Virus record (IMG/VR): IMGVR_UViG_3300021338_000003
Coordinates: 124,001 to 188,000 of that record
DNA length: 64,000 nucleotides
Direction: 5' to 3' (one strand)
A program made the position numbers and the translations under genes. The stretch's first letter is position 1. Every line of letters begins with the position of its first letter. Positions 28,774-36,299 of the stretch are shown in pieces. The notes below the pieces were generated by a model, which had not been told where the DNA came from, did not search any database, and saw only the letters and a list, made by a program, of their open reading frames with translations.

Positions 28774-29994
28774 ATGAATGTCCTACGTATGGTCGTAGCC
28801 GCCTTTGAGAGCGTCCGGCCCAACGACATAGTGACTGTATACCACGGCACGTCTCTATCCCGGGTTCTCGAACTCATCAACGGGTTTGATGCCAACCGTG
28901 AGGTCAAACGAGAATACGGAGGACCCAGGCACAAGGGATTGTTTGTCAGTCCCGACCCCGAGTTGGCCTCTAGGTTTGCCCACTACGGAGAAGTGGTCCT
29001 AGAAATCAAAGTTCGTGCCAAGAACCTCCATGGGACGGATTACTCCGGTCGAAGTCTTCAAGAGCAGGGTGCAGACGGCACTTGGATAGAAGAGAAGTAT
29101 CCAGACTCGTTCCGCCCCTACCTCACATATACCATGAACCAAAGTCACGAGCCCCAGGCGTTGCTTCGTGGCCTGGTTCGCCCCCGTCAAATCACTCGGG
29201 TTCGATACAAGCCCTTCAACGGGCAACCCCAGTGGTATACTCGCAAGGAGTTCCTTAACCTTGGGTTGACCACGAAAGGTATGAATGGGGCGTATGGGCC
29301 TGACCATGACGTCAAGGACGTCGGTTGGGATCTTTCCAGTCCCAAGTACACCCTAGACGAATACATCAAACTCCTATCCTCTGCCCTGAATGTCAGTGAG
29401 GACCGTATCCGTCGATCTTTTGATCTCATGGCCAAGATGGGCCGTTTTGAGCATATTGAAGAACTCGCTCATGATGCCGGTATGGGTCCCACCGCGCGCA
29501 AGAAGTTCATGGACCTGGTGAGAGACGGCACCATGGTCACGGCGGCTTCTCGAAAGTTTTCATACACTGGGTATAGGTGCCCTAATGTCCATTCCGAGCT
29601 GGTAGACTGGTCCACCGAGGCTTGGTGGTATGAAGTCCCCGTGGAAGAGATCGACTGGGAGGATTTTAAGGATCATGTAGACCTTCAACCCCATGAGGTG
29701 TCAGGGTCCGAGTTCCTTCCTTGGAAGGAGGGGTGGGAGGACTGGGAAGACTTCTTGGGTCGCGAGGCTGATTGGTCCGAATCCTTCTATCGGGGCTTGC
29801 TCCCTTCGGGCCGTCCCTTCTTTGTATGGACGGCTTCAGGCGTCGAACATTGGTACACGGAAAGTGGGGACATGGACCCTGAATACGAGGCTCAAATTCT
29901 GCTGTCCGCATATGACGAGCTTCAACAGATCGAAGAAGATGGTGAGGATATCGACCTAGATGTAGTGCGTCGGGTCATACGCAATCACCGCTAG
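28774..29994 (+). CDS. ADP-ribosyltransferase-like domain plus second acidic domain
   Basis: VYHGTS...GF...GLFVSPDPELASRFA...VVLEIKV; start reassigned to ATG 28774 with GGAG RBS. Confidence 0.65.
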   Translation: MNVLRMVVAAFESVRPNDIVTVYHGTSLSRVLELINGFDANREVKREYGGPRHKGLFVSPDPELASRFAHYGEVVLEIKVRAKNLHGTDYSGRSLQEQGADGTWIEEKYPDSFRPYLTYTMNQSHEPQALLRGLVRPRQITRVRYKPFNGQPQWYTRKEFLNLGLTTKGMNGAYGPDHDVKDVGWDLSSPKYTLDEYIKLLSSALNVSEDRIRRSFDLMAKMGRFEHIEELAHDAGMGPTARKKFMDLVRDGTMVTAASRKFSYTGYRCPNVHSELVDWSTEAWWYEVPVEEIDWEDFKDHVDLQPHEVSGSEFLPWKEGWEDWEDFLGREADWSESFYRGLLPSGRPFFVWTASGVEHWYTESGDMDPEYEAQILLSAYDELQQIEEDGEDIDLDVVRRVIRNHR

Positions 29995-29996
29995 AA

Positions 29997-30025
29997 TTGT
30001 CACCCTACATATGCCATGTTAAAAT
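29997..30025 (+). promoter_or_regulatory. sigma70-type promoter, TGCCATGT class
   Basis: TTGTCA-17 nt ending TGCCATGT-TAAAAT. Confidence 0.75.
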
Positions 30026-30047
30026 GGGGCACACCCTGGAGTTCAAA

Positions 30048-30425
30048 ATGAACAAGATGGACGAAGTCATCGCGAAATACACCACCAACGATGAGGTCAC
30101 TGCGTCTAGGGGCATGAATCCCAAGCAGGTTCGAGTCCTTGAAAAGTGGCTCAAGAGTATGGACCCGATGGAGGCTATCCAGGAGCTGGGCTTCCACAAC
30201 GAAGTCGACAACATGGTCGAGGCTACGGGATTGAAGCTGGTGTCTATCTCCGTCACCGGCGCCGACGAGGAACTCATGGAGATCGAGGTCAAGGCCACAT
30301 TCTCCTTCGAAACTCTCGAAGTGAACATCGGAATGGCCATGGACGGAAAGATGGAGGTGGAGGGCGTGACTCTGGTGGCGGAGGAAAACCCCGAACTCTA
30401 TCGGGACTTGATGGCTGTTGCCTGA
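30048..30425 (+). CDS. acidic hypothetical protein
   Basis: GGAG RBS; ATG 30048. Confidence 0.65.
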   Translation: MNKMDEVIAKYTTNDEVTASRGMNPKQVRVLEKWLKSMDPMEAIQELGFHNEVDNMVEATGLKLVSISVTGADEELMEIEVKATFSFETLEVNIGMAMDGKMEVEGVTLVAEENPELYRDLMAVA

Positions 30426-30458
30426 GCCCTAAAAAACGCTTACCGGGTTCTCCCGGTT

Positions 30459-30776
30459 GGAGGAAGTTGAAGTATAGAGTGAAGTTGAGGTTCAAAAATC
30501 CCTGGCGTCTGGGCCACGAGGCCCATGGAGGTTCGAATCCTTCCCTGCCCATTCTGGGGGCAGGTGGCGAAACGGTAGACGCGGATGTCAGGTATTAGTG
30601 AGACTTTTCCTCCTCAAACTTAGAACATCTCCCTGTGGTTGAGGTCTCAGCTGCTAGGGTCGCCCGTTTGGAAGACATAGGTTCGAATCCTATACCCCCC
30701 ATTCACCCTGCGGGGGGTTGGTATAGCGGTAGTACGTCCTCTCTTAGGCTCTGACTCTGGCTTAAACGTCGTCCTC
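30459..30776 (+). ncRNA. structured RNA with two circularly permuted tRNA-like modules (YrlA/Y-RNA-like)
   Basis: Twice: T arm (GG-TTCGAAT-CC), 7-bp acceptor-like stem closed by a loop, then D arm; no anticodon loop; ends partly complementary. Confidence 0.75.
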
Positions 30777-30796
30777 GACATAAATCGCAGAAACCT

Positions 30797-30827
30797 GGCC
30801 CCGTTCATCGGTATAGTGGACGGGGCC
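30797..30827 (+). terminator. stem-loop 3' of the ncRNA
   Basis: GGCCCCGTTCAT...GTGGACGGGGCC; no U tract. Confidence 0.5.
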
Positions 30828-30847
30828 GCTGCGTATTTGGAGGTCCT

Positions 30848-31375
30848 ATGTCGGAGTTCATGATACCCATGCAGGGTGATGTGGTGACATACCCTGATGG
30901 TGAGAGGGTGATCATCCAGTGCGTATCTTCTCGCACCGAACAACGATGGGAGGCAGGGGAGGATTACAAATGGTATAGAGTCATCAGCGCCTGGATATTT
31001 GAAGACGATGAAGACTTCTCGGCCCCACAATTGCGTGTGAGATTCCAATTCAAGTTCTACCTCGGGAGGGGGACCGCCCAATACCTTCACAACCATGGTT
31101 ATAGTCACGAGGTTGGAGGTGTCATTCTCGTTGACAAGTCTGACACCTATCCTCCAGAGGGTGGGTCTGTATGGAGGGATGGAGAGTTGAAGGTGTTGCC
31201 TGACCCGCTTCATTGGACCATATGGAGCGACCTAATGATGGACTCTCCTATCGGATGCACCACCGGGGCCTCCTCATCGGAAGACGCCGTTCAATACGCC
31301 GTTCCTAAGGAGGAATGGGACACTCACCACTCTATGGCGACTGACCCCAAGAAATGCAAATTTTGTCAGGGCTAG
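30848..31375 (+). CDS. hypothetical protein
   Basis: GGAGG RBS. Confidence 0.6.
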   Translation: MSEFMIPMQGDVVTYPDGERVIIQCVSSRTEQRWEAGEDYKWYRVISAWIFEDDEDFSAPQLRVRFQFKFYLGRGTAQYLHNHGYSHEVGGVILVDKSDTYPPEGGSVWRDGELKVLPDPLHWTIWSDLMMDSPIGCTTGASSSEDAVQYAVPKEEWDTHHSMATDPKKCKFCQG

Positions 31376-31911
31376 GCGGTCAGCTCGCTGTATGCCTTGG
31401 CACTGATGCGCTTACCGTTCAGCTCGATGCGGGCGGGCCATTGGTTGTAGAGCTTGCCCAGCTTGGAGACGTTGAGGATGCAGTCCTGGCGGATGGTGAC
31501 CTTATCCCCGCAGCGCTTGCCCCGGAGGACGAAGCGGCTACTCGAAGCGAAGCTCAGTTGGACGTCCTCCAGATCTCCGACCTTGGAGAGGACCTTGGCC
31601 ACCAGGGAGTCCACGGTATCCTGCACATAGCGCTCGGCCGCCTTGTCGAGGCGCGCCATGTCGAACTCGGCTTCGAATCCATTGATCTCCCGGGGCATGT
31701 TGCTTCCCTTGTGGTCGAGGAAAGACCGAATTTGGTGGTAGGCACCATAGTCGGGGCTGTTACCAGCCCGACGAAGCTCGCCGATGGTCTTGCCGTAGCG
31801 ACGGGTGAGGCGCGCCAGCTGCATGCTCATGAAGTTGATGAAGCTCTTCTTCATCTCGTCGCGATGGGGGGCGAAGGCGGCGGCGATGGCGGTCTCGGTG
31901 AGCTGGGGCAT
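31372..31911 (-). CDS. early-type hypothetical protein
   Basis: Own promoter, AAGGAG RBS, G/C-ending codons. Confidence 0.7.
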   Translation of the reverse strand: MPQLTETAIAAAFAPHRDEMKKSFINFMSMQLARLTRRYGKTIGELRRAGNSPDYGAYHQIRSFLDHKGSNMPREINGFEAEFDMARLDKAAERYVQDTVDSLVAKVLSKVGDLEDVQLSFASSSRFVLRGKRCGDKVTIRQDCILNVSKLGKLYNQWPARIELNGKRISAKAYSELTA

Positions 31912-31935
31912 TTTGTTCTCTCCTTGCTATACCCT

Positions 31936-31964
31936 ATTATAACATGGCACGTTGGGGTATGCAA
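31936..31964 (-). promoter_or_regulatory. sigma70-type promoter, TGCCATGT class
   Basis: TTGCAT-17 nt ending TGCCATGT-TATAAT on the - strand. Confidence 0.8.
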
Positions 31965-32076
31965 GAGTGAGAGGATCGTTTCTATGATGCCATGTTGAAA
32001 TGAGCAAACAACACCCGGAGGCCCCTTGTCCGTTCCCTCCTTTTCCTGATGTAATAAGGTATATAGGGAGGTCATC

Positions 32077-32766
32077 TTGTCCAGAAATCGCACCGGTCGC
32101 ATCACCATCACCAAGGAAGTTTTCATCCCTCGTAACATCACCGTGGCTGTATCCGGTGGCGTTGATTCGATGGCGGTGTTGGACTTCTTGAATCGAAATC
32201 ACCACGTAACGGCCGCGCACTTCAACCATGGTACCGCTCATGCCTTGGATGCCGAACTCTTGGTGACCAAATTCTGCAAGGATAGGAGTATCCCCCTGGT
32301 CAAGGGACATATGGGGGATGCCAAGAAGCCCCCTGGCCGATCGCCTCAGGATTTTTTCCGAGAACATCGCTATGCCTTCCTTGATCGGTTCTCTGAGACG
32401 GTCATCACTGGACACCATTTGGACGATGTCGTAGAAACTTGGATTTTCTCCAGTCTCCGTGGGCAGTCCAAAATCATCCCTCATATTAGAGGCAATGTGC
32501 TTCGGCCCTTTTTGTCCACCAGGAAGAGTGACTTTGAATACTGGTGTGTCAATCATGATGTCCCGTGGGTCGAGGACCCCTCGAATGCATCCACGGAGTA
32601 TGACAGGGGCTACGTGCGTCATGAGCTTGTTCCGAAGGCACTTCGGATTAACCCCGGTATCCATAAGACCCTCCGCCGAAAGGTAGAAGAGAGTGTTCGT
32701 CCTACCTCAGCAGGTTTGGGGTATACCGGAGTTCTCGATGAACCGCATCCGACAGACCATTGTTGA
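32077..32766 (+). CDS. tilS: tRNA(Ile)-lysidine synthetase, minimal catalytic-domain form
   Basis: PP-loop AVSGGVDSM, HFNHG, TGHHLDDVVET, DPSN...RGYVRHELVP. Confidence 0.88.
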   Translation: MSRNRTGRITITKEVFIPRNITVAVSGGVDSMAVLDFLNRNHHVTAAHFNHGTAHALDAELLVTKFCKDRSIPLVKGHMGDAKKPPGRSPQDFFREHRYAFLDRFSETVITGHHLDDVVETWIFSSLRGQSKIIPHIRGNVLRPFLSTRKSDFEYWCVNHDVPWVEDPSNASTEYDRGYVRHELVPKALRINPGIHKTLRRKVEESVRPTSAGLGYTGVLDEPHPTDHC

Positions 32767-33457
32767 AGCTGCTCGCGCCATCCACGTAGACCGTCGGATA
32801 GTCGAAGAGGTCATCGACCAACTTGGTCGGGACATGGCTCGAAAATTTGGTCCGAAGGTTTCCCCAGGCTACAACCGTAACCCGGTATCAATGCAGACCA
32901 TCACCTTGAAGAACGTGAGAGGTGAAGAGGTCGCAGTAGACGTCGGGTTCACTACCCAAGCTTCCCCAGCTGGGGATTTCGCCCTCGGTGGAGGTATGGG
33001 CTATTACAAGCAGGGCCCCAAGAGGGGTCAGCCCGTGGTGGTCATCAACTTGAATGGCAAATACCCTCATGAGAGCTTCATGAAGGGTGTTGGGAGGCAG
33101 GACGTTGTTCAAGTTCTATTCCACGAATTGACTCATTCAGTTGATGTAGGCAAAGCCACATACAAAGCCAAGAACAAGTCTGGACTACCCTCGTCCCGAG
33201 ACCTCAACCTGGATGAATATTATAATGACCCTCGTGAGGTACGCGCTTTCATGCGAGAGTTGTTCGAAACCATTGCTCCCAGTGTCCGAAAGGTCATGGA
33301 CACATCTTTGGGTGGTCAATGGGGTCTGAATGGTACCATATCTCGTCAGTTGAAAAGCCTGACCGAGTGGCCCGTCATGGTCAAGTATCTGACCTCTTCG
33401 AACAGAAATAGGATACTCAAGGGTTTAGTGACCATGTTCCAAGACGAGGGACTGTAA
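32738..33457 (+). CDS. zincin-like metallopeptidase domain protein
   Basis: LFHELTH (HExxH) and YYNDPREVRAF; ATG 32738 with GGAG RBS. Confidence 0.7.
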   Translation: MNRIRQTIVEAARAIHVDRRIVEEVIDQLGRDMARKFGPKVSPGYNRNPVSMQTITLKNVRGEEVAVDVGFTTQASPAGDFALGGGMGYYKQGPKRGQPVVVINLNGKYPHESFMKGVGRQDVVQVLFHELTHSVDVGKATYKAKNKSGLPSSRDLNLDEYYNDPREVRAFMRELFETIAPSVRKVMDTSLGGQWGLNGTISRQLKSLTEWPVMVKYLTSSNRNRILKGLVTMFQDEGL

Positions 33458-33471
33458 AACGCATTTGTTGA

Positions 33472-33546
33472 GGGTCTCTAGCTCAATTGGTTGGTAGCAT
33501 TCGGCTCATACCCGAACGGTTCTGGGTTCAAGTCCCAGGGGACCCA
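33472..33546 (+). tRNA. tRNA with CAT anticodon (Ile2 or Met)
   Basis: Cloverleaf GGGTCTC/GGGACCC, anticodon arm TTCGG-CTCATAC-CCGAA, T arm CTGGG-TTCAAGT-CCCAG; no CCA. Confidence 0.88.
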
Positions 33547-33550
33547 TCAC

Positions 33551-33611
33551 ATATCCTGCAGTGAGTGTCCTTCACCCCATCAGTCGCTTGTCTGCACTCA
33601 CTGCAGGATAT
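33551..33611. repeat. perfect 17-bp inverted repeat between two tRNA genes
   Basis: ATATCCTGCAGTGAGTG / CACTCACTGCAGGATAT with a 27-nt loop. Confidence 0.85.
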
Positions 33612-33619
33612 TTGTTTTT

Positions 33620-33701
33620 GGGGTTGTGACGGAATTGGTAGACGACTCCCGCTCAAAATGGGAGGCCGAAAGGCGTGAGGGTTCGAATCCCTCCTTCCCC
33701 A
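33620..33701 (+). tRNA. tRNA-Leu(CAA)
   Basis: GGAATTGGTAGAC D arm, CTCAAAA loop, long variable arm, GAGGG-TTCGAAT-CCCTC; two T-T mismatches in acceptor stem. Confidence 0.85.
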
Positions 33702-33717
33702 CTTTCAGGAGACCGCC

Positions 33718-34413
33718 GTGAGAACGAAGAGCCTTGATGAGAGGAAGCTCGATCGGGCTATCGAGATCGCCGAGCAACTCGCTGCGGAACCTGTTGAAAA
33801 CCCGGCGTATACAGACGCATGGAAGAAGACGGCAAGTTCCTGGCGCTGCGCGCGTGGACTCGGAGAGTTCGAAAAAGGTGTCAAAATGGCCACGGACCGT
33901 TTTCGCAAGCTCTTTGTCGAGTGCTCTGACTTCTCGGAGGCAAAAGAACCATTTGGTGATGGGCCATGGAGAAGGCAGGCCACGAAGTTCAAATCCTTCC
34001 TCGATGAGGTTGAGAATATGAACAATGACTCTCATGACGCTGCCTTTGGGCCTGGTCACCTGGTCCCGGGATTCAAAGCATCATCAGTGGATGAGATTGT
34101 AGAACGCATGAGACGGGCAAAGGCTCGGCTATCTCGGGTAGGGCACCGAGAGGATACGAAGCCATCGTTGCGTCGTATCCGGGCTATGTACCCGCCCACA
34201 AACGACCAGATCATGAGCTTGTTCCTCGAAACTTCCTCCTCCGAAAAGGAAGCCGCTATCGGTAGGGCCTGTGATTGGTGTTCCAGTGCGTTCGATACTC
34301 TTTCCGACCGGTCGTTGGCAAATGAATGGGCAAAATGTGCCGCATTTGTGTCATCAATTCGGGACGCATACATTCGCGGTCGGTTGGACCAAGAAGCAGA
34401 AAGGAATAATTAA
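33718..34413 (+). CDS. hypothetical protein
   Basis: AGGAG RBS, GTG start. Confidence 0.6.
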   Translation: MRTKSLDERKLDRAIEIAEQLAAEPVENPAYTDAWKKTASSWRCARGLGEFEKGVKMATDRFRKLFVECSDFSEAKEPFGDGPWRRQATKFKSFLDEVENMNNDSHDAAFGPGHLVPGFKASSVDEIVERMRRAKARLSRVGHREDTKPSLRRIRAMYPPTNDQIMSLFLETSSSEKEAAIGRACDWCSSAFDTLSDRSLANEWAKCAAFVSSIRDAYIRGRLDQEAERNN

Positions 34414-34418
34414 CTGCT

Positions 34419-34503
34419 GGAAGTGTGACCGAGTGGCTTAAGGTAGCGGTCTTGAAAACCGCCGCGTTTCAAAGCGCCGTGGGTTCGAATCCCACCACTT
34501 CCG
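34419..34503 (+). tRNA. tRNA-Ser(TGA)
   Basis: GGAAGTG/CACTTCC acceptor, CTTGAAA loop, long variable arm. Confidence 0.92.
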
Positions 34504-34509
34504 TTTCAA

Positions 34510-34583
34510 TGGGGTGTCGCCAAGCTGGTTAAGGCATCGGTTTTTGGCACCGATATGCGAAGGTTCGAATCCTTCCACCCCAA
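34510..34583 (+). tRNA. tRNA-Gln(TTG)
   Basis: TGGGGTG/CACCCCA acceptor, TCGGT-TTTTGGC-ACCGA anticodon arm. Confidence 0.9.
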
Positions 34584-34662
34584 CTCTTCACTTGGATATG
34601 CATATGACCCCCTATCAACTCGCACTGCGCCGATATTTCACTTCCATTTTCGGAGGAATATC

Positions 34663-34944
34663 GTGCCACACATCAACCACTCCCGAGGGGAGACTCGCGA
34701 ATTTGTGTTTCGCAAGCGAAAGACTGGCAAGAAATACAGGCAGGGGCGCCGCCGCAAGAATGGCAAGCGCTACCAAGTAGCAAGGTTGGTATTCAGAGCC
34801 TGGTGTCCTTGTTGTATGGTGCCACTTGACAGAAGCAAGTACTGGGGACGGTACGTAAACAGGATCGAAAGAGAAGCGGCTCGAAAGGAAATCCAGAACG
34901 TGCTTCACGAGATGGATGGGGTTACGGCTCTGTTTCTTGATTAG
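34663..34944 (+). CDS. small basic hypothetical protein
   Basis: GGAGG RBS before GTG 34663. Confidence 0.55.
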   Translation: MPHINHSRGETREFVFRKRKTGKKYRQGRRRKNGKRYQVARLVFRAWCPCCMVPLDRSKYWGRYVNRIEREAARKEIQNVLHEMDGVTALFLD

Positions 34945-34955
34945 GAGGAAGTCTC

Positions 34956-35291
34956 ATGTCCATATCAGAACTCCTGGAGCCGTCAGAAATCCTGGAAGAA
35001 GAGGTTGCAGCCTTCGGGGATGACTGGATGCTTCCAGAAGGTATACGTGTCAAATACTCGGATGCATATGTAGTCGCTCGTTACGAAGACACATCAGGAT
35101 CTCTGATCGAAGTAACACGTGAAGCAATGCCCGCAGTGTTCTACTGTGTATCCTACCGAGGGTTTGAGATTGGGTTTGATTCTGGAACAGATGCAGCACA
35201 ATATGCCGCAGCAGTAGCGAAGTCCCTTATGTTTGGGGCGACTATCTCTAAAAATGAATCAGGTGTCCATGAATACGAAAGTGGGGGTTAG
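34956..35291 (+). CDS. hypothetical protein
   Basis: AGGAGG RBS. Confidence 0.6.
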   Translation: MSISELLEPSEILEEEVAAFGDDWMLPEGIRVKYSDAYVVARYEDTSGSLIEVTREAMPAVFYCVSYRGFEIGFDSGTDAAQYAAAVAKSLMFGATISKNESGVHEYESGG

Positions 35292-35293
35292 TC

Positions 35294-35587
35294 ATGATAT
35301 GCGTTTCTTGCGGACAGGAAACCAAGGGCACTGATCTCTGTGAGCCTGAGTGCGCAGTGAAGGTCGAGGGTAGCACTCTGTGGGAACCCAAGTGGGCCCC
35401 GGTGGGCGGAGGCAAATTCCTCCTGTCTACCGAGGATCGTCTTGCGTTGCGCAACGCACCACCTCCGCCTAACCGGTATGGGTGGTGCGTTTTTCTTGCT
35501 TCTGAGAAGACCGTCCCCGCCGAGGCCAACGCCCGATGGGTGTCGCTGAACGATACGGACGAGATGATCCGACAAGGATCGTCATAA
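35294..35587 (+). CDS. hypothetical protein with N-terminal Cys cluster
   Basis: CVSC...CEPEC. Confidence 0.5.
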   Translation: MICVSCGQETKGTDLCEPECAVKVEGSTLWEPKWAPVGGGKFLLSTEDRLALRNAPPPPNRYGWCVFLASEKTVPAEANARWVSLNDTDEMIRQGSS

Positions 35588-35598
35588 CGATCCTAGGC

Positions 35599-35652
35599 TT
35601 GACATTTCTCGGATGTCGTGCTATAATACTTGTATCGATGGTCATTGAAAAC
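35599..35652 (+). promoter_or_regulatory. consensus sigma70 promoter plus boxA-like element heading the tRNA/ncRNA unit
   Basis: TTGACA(35599)-17 nt-TATAAT(35622); GGTCATTGAAAAC at 35640-35652. Confidence 0.8.
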
Positions 35653-35702
35653 ACAATACGGATTTCGGAAGCCGGGGAAAGGACACCCCGGCATTGCGAG
35701 AA

Positions 35703-35775
<73 letters not shown>

Positions 35776-35784
35776 TTTTCACAT

Positions 35785-35858
35785 GGGTTTGTAGCTCAGC
35801 TGGATAGAGCATCGGCCTTCTAAGCCGGCGGTCGTGGGTTCGAATCCCGCCAGACCCA
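35785..35858 (+). tRNA. tRNA-Arg(TCT)
   Basis: GGGTTTG/CAGACCC acceptor, CTTCTAA loop. Confidence 0.92.
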
Positions 35859-35869
35859 TCTTTTTCTTT

Positions 35870-36175
35870 CGAGGCGCTAGGCCCTGTCCCGAGAATGCCG
35901 GGACCACCTAGGTGCGGCGCTCAAACCTCGAAAGGGGCGCGGTCACGAGGCGTTACACGTGACTAGGGTAGGGTGTGGTAGCCCCTACTTCGTCCAGAAA
36001 TCTGAAAGGTGATGTACACACCCGGAGGTGGGAGGACGTTCGGTCAGATCAACCGCCGAATTACAATTAAACACCAGAGGTCAGCTGCGGGGCCTCGAAT
36101 TTGGTCGAAAGACTACAACAAGAGCGGCAGCAGTCAAGTGAACTCGGAGGCATCCGAGGAACCTGCTTGGCATTC
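35870..36175 (+). ncRNA. candidate ~300-nt structured RNA
   Basis: Consecutive hairpins with three GNRA tetraloops; flanked by T-rich spacers; no credible ORF. Confidence 0.5.
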
Positions 36176-36195
36176 TTTTTCGATTTTTTGCAAAC

Positions 36196-36293
36196 GCTCC
36201 CAGCAGGGCGACCGTGGGTCGGATGGACAGTCCGCCCCTCCTCGGATCGTTCCTACTCGCCGGCCCTAAGTCGGTGCAACCCCTGCTGGGGGT
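36196..36293 (+). ncRNA. candidate ~100-nt structured RNA or domain
   Basis: 13-bp closing stem GCTCCCAGCAGGG / CCCTGCTGGGGGT. Confidence 0.45.
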
Positions 36294-36299
36294 CATCTT

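Noticed and set aside
30558-30701. Colinear intron-containing tRNA from the 5' half at 30558 to the 3' half ending 30701
   Set aside because: GGGCAGG does not pair well with ACCCCCC, whereas each 3' strand pairs perfectly with the 5' strand that follows it. This favours the permuted reading.
30459-30776. Two-piece (permuted) tmRNA
   Set aside because: No G3-U70 alanine identity pair, full D arms are present, and no tag ORF ending in ALAA-like residues was found.
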